From IMG/VR virus record IMGVR_UViG_3300042526_000204: DNA of 64,000 bases; one strand, written 5' to 3'. Positions within the stretch are counted from its first letter, which is position 1, and each line of letters begins with the position of its first letter. The DNA is from an uncultured virus (IMG/VR IMGVR_UViG_3300042526_000204) (Duplodnaviria; Heunggongvirae; Uroviricota; Caudoviricetes). Position numbers and translations under genes: made by a program. The notes below the pieces were generated by a model that ran no database searches, was not told the DNA's origin, and saw only the letters and a program-made list of their open reading frames with translations. Positions 46,301 to 55,300 of this stretch are shown piece after piece.

Positions 46301-49300
46301 CCTAAAATTTGTTCTTTTTCATTATCTGTTGCAGTATTTTCTTTTTCAGCAAATATTTCAGCAACTGTTCTTTTTAAACCTTTCCAAGTTTCATTAGAAA
46401 TATGAGAGGGTTTTAAAGACTCTAGTACACCTAGTTTACCTTTAGAAGTTACTCCTCCAATAGTAATTTCAGTATCTAAAGAAATCTCTTCACCTTGTTG
46501 TTGAATAAGACCTGCCATAGTAGTATAATTTGCATATACTCCAATAGCAGTTTTACCAATAGAACCTAGGTCCATTTTCATTTTTTGATAACTGTAAGAC
46601 AAAACAGTATTATAACTTTGATTTGTAAGATACTCTTGTTCAGCATCTTCCATTGTCATACCTAAGTCTACAAATTTGGCAACTTCTTTTGCTTTGTTTC
46701 CATCTTCAACAGCTTTCTCAAACATCTTAGCTTGATCTTGAGCAAAAGACATAGATAAAACTTTATTAATTTTACTTTGTACTTCAGCTCTTGGATTATT
46801 AAAGACAGCTAAATGAGATTTTATAAAACTATTTTCAGCCATTTGACTAGCTATTTTAGTATCTAAAGCTTTTTGAATAGCTTTCATAGAATGATTAATA
46901 TCCTTAATACTTGATTTAGAATCTTTTATCATTGCCCACAAACCTTCAACTTCTGATTGAAGTTCATTCATGTAAGGAATGTTAGATGCTACATTAAGTT
47001 TATTTTGAAGGATATCTAATTCTGCTTCTACTTCAGCAATAGTGTCAAAATCTCTACCTTTATAGAATTGTAATTCTTTTATAGAGTCTTTTGTTCTTTG
47101 TACATACTCTTCATTTACTTCTCTAATTTTACCTTCAGAATCAATGTAATGGTTTAATTGATAAGTGTTTTCTTTATCTACATCAAAGTCAAGACCTTTT
47201 TGTTTAGTGAAGTTTTTAGGTACAATCATTAATTCTCCCATTTCAGGAGGTAAAATACCAGCAATTTCAATACTAGAACCAGATACATGAGAAGAAGTTG
47301 GTGTTCTAAAAGAAAACATATTCATTAGACTTTCATCTATCATGTCTTCTTTTAATCCAAGAGTACCATTCTCTCTTCTCACTAAATACTTAGCTTTAGA
47401 AACATCTCCTGTTTCATTGTTGTATCCTTCAAAAAGATTTATTAATTCTCCTGTACTAGGATTTTTAAAATAAGATCTAACAAAAACTTGTGCTTTTTTA
47501 AACACAGGAGTTCCATCTTCTTCTGTAACAGAGGTTGCTCCTAATTCTTTACCATTAAAGTTATTGAGGTAAATTATTCTTGATTTAGTTCTTTCATCAA
47601 CATCATTAAGACTATTCAAACCTTCTTTCATTTGAATACCTGATTCAGAACCTGCTACATAAGCATTTCCTGAGATTTTATGTTGCATTAATCTATTAGT
47701 TACAATAGAGTTTAATAAAGACTCATATCTATTTTTATCAGAAGATAACCAAAGGGGAGTTTTAAATTCATAAAATACTCCTGAAGCCATAGCTAGTTCA
47801 TCAATCTTTAATCCTGCAATAGATTTTAGACTGTATCCTCTACTAACAGCTTCTTTTTCAAGAAGTTTACCTAAACTATAGATAAATTCTTTTTTATCTA
47901 TTATTTCTCCTTGAGGAGAAAGACCTAGTTCTTGAAATAACTCTGTTCTTTTATGTCTAGCAAGTTCAGCAAAAGAGTCTGAGTAATACTTATGCAATTC
48001 CTTACCTGTCATAGGTTTACCATCAATTTCAAATCCATCAAGATTTGTAATTCCATCTCCAAATAAAAGTTTGAAGAACTGAGTTCCCATAGAAATCTTA
48101 TCTGCTTTAGTCTTTTCAGATTTAACAGGCACATCTTGTTGAATTCTAAAATTATTTCTGTCTAAAACTAAAACTTTAGCATTAACATCTCCTTCAGCAT
48201 ATTCTTTAATTCCTTCTAAAGAGTACTTATCAAAAGGATTTATAGTTGTTCTTGTAGCTCCTACTTTATTAGCAGACTGAAAAGATGCTCTAGTAAACCT
48301 ACCAGTAGATTTTTCTAACTCTTCCATTTTAACTCTTAAAGCATCTAACTTGGTGCCTTTTGTAAATTCTGGAAGTAAAGGATATGAAGAAGATTTGATA
48401 TAAACATATCTATTTACATCTGTTGTTTTATCTGCATAAGAACCTGTGTGTACAGGTTTAATAGGTTGCATAATAACTTTCAAATCTTCTCTAGCTAAAG
48501 CTTGTCCTGCATTTAATTTAGCCTCAATAGCTTTCATTTTGGCAGTTGTTAATCTTCCTTGTCTATTTAGAATATTGATATGTTCTCTAACTGTAGTATA
48601 CTCCTGTGCATCAGTAGATTCAATATCAAAGTAATCAGCCACAACAGGAAAAGTTTTTTGAAGATTATGTCTTGCCAAAGCCATATCTTTTTTAGCTTTA
48701 TCTACAGCAGGTACATCCATAACTTCTCCAATTTCATATCTGTGCACTAGGTCTGCACTCTTACTGTAATCATTAAGTAGAGTTTTAATTCCTGGAGTCA
48801 AAGCATCTTTACCATAGTGCAAAGAAATTAAATACTCTGAATTTGGAGCAATATCTTTACTGTCTGTTAAAAAGATTTGATTATACTTTCTAAACTTTGG
48901 GTCTGCAGAACCAGCTATTTTATTCCCTGGAGCTGCTAGGGCAGCTAATCTTTTACCAAGATTAACTCCAATACCCTTATTAAGATTTATCCAATCCTCA
49001 TTAGTGTATTCATTTAAAGGTACTTTATTACCATTTTCATCTTGTTTAAAGAGTTTGTTTTGAGAGTACATTGCCATATCTCCTGCAAATACTTTAAACA
49101 TTTCTGAGTTGTGTAACATACCATTAATTACTACATCATAGATAGCCTTATTGTAATCTTTAGCAGGACTTTTATTTACTTCTGTAAAGTAATTAGCAGA
49201 AAACATTTTAGAACCTACTCCTGGAGTAAAATGTTCTTTCCATAATTCTTTCTTTACTCTTGCTTCAGTATCTATAACTTTTGTTATAATTTCTTCAAAT

Positions 49301-52300
49301 TGAGATTTGTATTTTGCTTTTACAATCTCAGAAGTTAAATTAGGAACAGTAGCTAATTCATCTAAAAGACTTAACCCATTAGACTCTAAAGCATTAAGAG
49401 CAGGAATTAAATGAAATACTTCAGCTCCTCTATCATAATCCTTAATATTAGTTTGTTTAACTTGAGCATGATATTTTAGAATTCTTTTTACTTCAGGCAT
49501 AATAAGTTGTTCTATTAAAACATCTTTTAGTCTGCTAGACATAAGAACTTCTTCTTGCTCATTTTCTTGTAACTCTTCTCCTCTAAGAAGATCTAAACCT
49601 ATAGTATCTAAGTAGTAAGCTTTAGATTTATCAGACATTGTAGGAGAAAGCATTCTCATAACTCTGGCATGAATACCAGAAATCTTTTCAGAAGTAGTAA
49701 GTTGTTTAATTTTTCTATCTCCAAACTGACCATTAACATTAAAGTCATAATCAATTTCTCCTAAGTCTGTAATACTTCTTCTTTCTGAAACCTCTTCACC
49801 TCTTTCTTTAAGAGTTAAGATAGCAGCATGAGAAACTTTAAAAAGTTCTTTAAAAGAATTACCCTCTCTTTTTAGAAAATCTAAAATAAGAGAGTTTTCA
49901 GAGAAAGAAAGAGATTGAAGATCTTCAATTAAAGTATTATCTTCTTGACCTAAAGAATCTAATAAATCATTAACCTTATCAGACATAAAGGTCTCTGGAG
50001 TTTGTGTAAAGATAGTCTTATCTCCATCTCTGTAAGTTAAGGACACTAAGTTAGTGTTGTAAATAGCTTCTATCTTTGCTAGAGATTTAAACATTCCTGA
50101 CAATTCCTTAAAAATATTTTTATCTTCATTATGAAGATAAGTTCCAGGAGTTGTTCTTGCTTCTCTTAAAAAGTTTACTATTGGTAAAAAGATACCTTGA
50201 CTCTTATCAAATAAAAGATTATTATAACTATAACCTTTATCTTTAATTCCTTCAGCCACTATTTTATCCCAAGCAGCATCAGTAAAACTGATACCTAACT
50301 TATCTAACCAAGCTCTATGATTTTCAGGAGTATTTCCTTCTCCTTTTAACCATCCCTCATAAGTATCAATTAGTTGCCCAGCAGTTGTAGTATTAACTGT
50401 TAGGTTCCTGTTGTATAATGCTGAAGTTCTGTTATTATTCTTCCATTTATTTTCAATAACTCTTGTAGCTTCATTTGCATTAGTCTCATAAGATTTTAAC
50501 TCAGATAATTCTCCTAAGTCTTTATACATAGTAAAGTTTGAAGTCATACTATGTTTTACAAAAGTATACAAGAATTGATTTCTAGTTTGTTCATCAGCAC
50601 TTTTTAATTTAACTAATATGTCTTTTGTAAAAGGTACTTCAGAAGTTTCTAGTCTTTTTATTAAAGCATCGTAGTTAGAAGGTAAATCAGAACCTAAAGA
50701 AAGAACTTTAGTCAACTCATTAAAGATTTCATTAAAAGTATAATACTTAGGTAAACCTAAATACCCAGTTTGAATAGCACCTTTAGAGTCTCTCTTTTGT
50801 ACTCCATGCATAAAATTTCTAAGAATAGTACCAACACTTAATTTACTATTCTCTTCTACTGAATCTTTATTATAACTTTTTTCATTTAAAGCATCTTCTA
50901 CTTCTTCTCCATCTTCTATTTCTGTCTTAGATTGCTTTTCAAAATCTAAAGCAGCTCTTTTAAATAGTGTTCTATACTCAGATTCTACAGACTCAATATT
51001 TTTAAGAGTATCAGTATAAGCATTAACAAAAGCTCTTTTTTCAGCAGTATCTTCTGTTTGACTTAAAACAATATTAAGATTAGTTTGAACAGCTTTTTTA
51101 ACTTCTGCTAAAGTGGATAATAGTTTGTCTTTAGTTTCTTGCTCAATTACTCTTTCTTTTTTATTAAAGACTCTTCCCTCTTCATCTATGTACTGTTTAT
51201 TCTCTGCAATAGAGTGAGTCACATATTGTCTAATGTCTTGTTCTTGAGGAGTAGTAAGACCTGCAACAGATATTAGTAAAGATTGTAAAGAAGATGTATC
51301 ATTAGCAATCATAGCTTCTCCATCTTCAAATTCTTGATAAGAATCTATATCAATTCCTAAAGTTGCTGCAAACTCATATTGTTCATTACTATTAAAAGAA
51401 GGAGTATTACCTAATAAAGTATCATTGTTAACAACTTCAATAACTTTCTCTGCCTCATTTTGAGGAGTAATTCCTTCTACAGGAGTATACTCTATATTAA
51501 TAATAGGCTGAATACTTGTAATATAATTAGGTTTTTCTGTTGTACCAATATTAAAAGACAAAACATTGGTCATTAAACTAGTTTTTAAATACTCTTGATA
51601 CCCCATATTTAATGGGACTACTTGTCCATTAATAATATGAACTGCAGATTTAAAATCTCCTTTTTTAAGTAAAGACTCTTTAGTGTGCTGAACAAATCCT
51701 ACTAAATTATTATTTTTAGCAACTTCATCTAGTAACTCAGCATCCATACCTAGATTATCTTTAAGAAGATTTTTTTGGTAGTATGCTACTTGATTTTTAG
51801 GAGGTTTATTAGATAACTGTAAAAAACTTTCTATAAAAGTTAGGATATCTACAGAGTCAAAAATATCTAAACCAGTGTGATTAAGTACTTGTTCTCTAAT
51901 ATTTTGAGCTTGAGTTTCAGTCATTGAAGTCCAAGGTGTTGGAGCAGTCAAATAAGAGTTAAATTTATTTTTAACTGCATTAGCAGCTAATGCCCACTTA
52001 ACTGTTTCTAGTTGTTGGTCTGTAACTTTTCTTTGAACATGAAAAGCTCTGTAGGTATTAACCCAAGTACCATCTGGTCTTTTTAATTTACCTTCTCTTC
52101 TTATTTCCCAAACTCTACTGTCATATTTTAATTTTCCATTTGGAGATCTTTCAGAGAAAACAGCTTCATTAACAATGACACCATCTTTAAATTCTTGTTT
52201 ATTACCTAAAGATATTTTTTCTCCAATTTGTACAGCAAGAACACTTTGAGGATTATTACTTTGCAAGCTAACTAAAGCATCATCTCCTACTGTTTGAAAT

Positions 52301-55300
52301 ACACTAGTTGGAGATCTCTTTATAGTTGCTTCTCTTAATCCACCTTTTAAGACAGCTTGTCTAAAGTTGTAAGTTGCTTCCTTACCTTTTTGAATTTCAA
52401 TGGCCCACTCTCCTAATGGTCTGTGAGGATTTACATTTAGTTCATTAGGATCAGCTACATTATATCCACTATACCAATCTGTGTCATGTACAGCACTAGT
52501 TCTTTCACCATCTTTGGTAAAATACATTGGAACTTTGGCATCAATTTCTTCTTGAGTTCTAGGTTTTTCTGCTAACCACTTATCAAAAGTAGTAAGTATA
52601 GTTTTTCCATTGGCATCTCTACCATTAGAAACTGGGATGTCTTTCCACTCTTCTTCTGTAGTTATTTCAATTCCTACAATATCTCCAGTTTGTAATCCAT
52701 CAGGGTCTAGTATTGGAGTTATATTTACACCATTACTCTTACTAGTAATAAGAATAGGAATTGATACTTTTTTATAAGTGCCATCTTCATTTCCTTCTGT
52801 ATACTCTAAAGAAGAGTACCCCATTTTAGGTAATACATTTGCAGTTCTTTGAGTGTCAATAACTATTTCTACAACTTGTTCAGTAACTTCTCTATTAGAT
52901 TCATCTTGTCCTACTACTCTACTAGAAATTAAAGCAGTTGCTTGTACATTATCATTTTCTTCTCTTACTTCTATAGCAGGATGAGTAACTGGCATTGTAG
53001 GTACTACAGGAGCTTGTGGTGCTACAATATTTCCATCTTGGAAATCCATAGTAGCAAAAACATCAAAAGCAGTTATAGGAGCATACATTGCACTAAAGGT
53101 TTCTGTAAAATCTTCAAGAGGATACATATTATCTCCATGCTTTTGATTTAGTGCAATCCAAGCAGAAGTCATGGCACCATAGTTTTTCTTTACATCTTCA
53201 AGTAAACCTTTTGATTTATAGTGCTCAAAGATTTCTCTGAAAGTAACTCTGTTACCTGTTTGATCTTCATAAAGTTGAGATATACTTTCTAAAGTATCTT
53301 GAATATGTTTTAAAAACTCTGGAGGATAGATTTTACCAATCATAGGTTCTCCATCAAAGAAAGTAGTATCATCAGGAATTACAATAGAAGTACCAGGAGT
53401 AGTTTTATTTAATAAAGGAGTTATTAATTTATCATACTCTTTATAAAGCTGATCTTGTTCTACATCATATTTAGCATTAATTTTTTTAGCTAATTTACTC
53501 TCTACTTCTTCTGTTTTATAAGGAGTAAAATCTTCAATTACACTATCATAATTTTCTTCTATGCTTTCACTTGGTTTAAACTCTGCTATTTGATTTCCAC
53601 TCTCTACACCTCTTACTATCTTACTTCCATCTCTGTAAGTTGTTATTTCAACTTGTCCTCCTTGTATAGTATTATAATATTCTCTTTTTACAGGAATATC
53701 TTTAGCTTTTTTATCTAATTCAGAATTTAATTCTTCTAACCTTCTTTTTTCTATTTCAGCTTTTTTAACTTGCTCTTCAGCTCTATATTCAGCAACTTTT
53801 TGTTCATTAGTCTTAGAAGTTGTTTGAGTGTTTTCAAATGATTTTAACTCTCTTTGTTTTTGAGCTATTTGTTTCTTTATATCAGTTTGATTATATTCAA
53901 CTCTTAAAAAATCAGAACCATCTAATTTTTCTCCTGTACTAGTAATTATAGAAGGAACACCATTAGTATTAGTTGGTATTTTAGCTATAGTATAGTTTGT
54001 TTTACCAAAACCTTGATATTCTCTTAGTATTATATTATCTCCAACTTTTGCTGTTTCTAAACTAAAACCTATAGACTGTATTTTTTCTAATCTTTCTATT
54101 TCAGCTTGTATATCAGTTTTAGAAGCAGTTTGAGCACTAGGAATAGATAAATCTATAGGTTGAGAAATAACATCTTGTGTTCCTACAGTAGATACAGGAT
54201 CAGCAGTTAAACCTTGATGAGCTAAACCAAATGCAGCATCTAAATCTGGATTTGAGTTTATAGCACTTTCAGGCAATTCTGTATCATCTACATACCCATC
54301 TACTTGTACATCAGTATCTTCAGGCATAGTTACTAACTCTGAAGTTAAAGAAGCATCTTCAGCAACAGGAATTTTACTATCTTCAATTTTTTTAGTTTCT
54401 TCAATTAACAAATCTTTGATAGCAGCATTTCTTTCAAGTTTAGCTCTTTCAATTTTATTGTCTTTAAGTTCTTTTAAATCTTCTGAAGAAATCATGTGCC
54501 CATAAGTTTCCTCAATGTGTTGTATAATAGCTTTAGCTTTTTTAACAGCATTTAATCCACTAGGTTGTTTTTTATCTTCAGAGTCTGTGATGCCAGGTAA
54601 AACTAGTTCTCCTTTTTCAATATCTTGTTCAACTAGTTCATACTCATCTCTTAAAGATTGTTTAGCTTTAAGTTTATCTTGTCTATCAGGAGATAGTTCA
54701 TCATTAAGAATTTTCTTATTTTCAGCTACATCTAATTCTGCAGCTCTTCTCATTTTAATGTTTGCTACAAGATTTTGAACAGCCATATTATTTTCTTTCT
54801 TTGGGTCTAATAACTCATCCAAAGTCTCTTGATAATTAGCCTTTTCTTCTTCAGAAGCAAACTCTCTAGTTAATAAATTACTAGCATCAAAATCAAATGC
54901 TTTACCTGTTCTTTTTTTATAAGCTTCAATTTCTTCTCTAGCTTGTTGTTCTAAAGTAATAGCTTGTTGCTCAAGTTTTTTAATGTTATCTTGATGCAAT
55001 CCAGCATAAACAGTTGCATTTAGTATTTCAGAAAAGTTTTCTTTATCAGAATGTTCTTGATGTACTTTATGAATAGCTTCTACTTGATTAGCAACTCTTA
55101 AAGCATTCTGTTTAAAAGTGTCAGGTATATCTTGTCTGTTTACTAGATTATCTACAGATTCTTTATAAGAACCCATCTTACCTAATCTAGCAGCTTGTTG
55201 AGCTAAGTTAATAAACATTCTTTGTTCTAACTGATCTGCAGCTACATGATTACCAGCTTCTCTTAGGTTATTACTAATAATTCTATAGTCTATAGGACTA

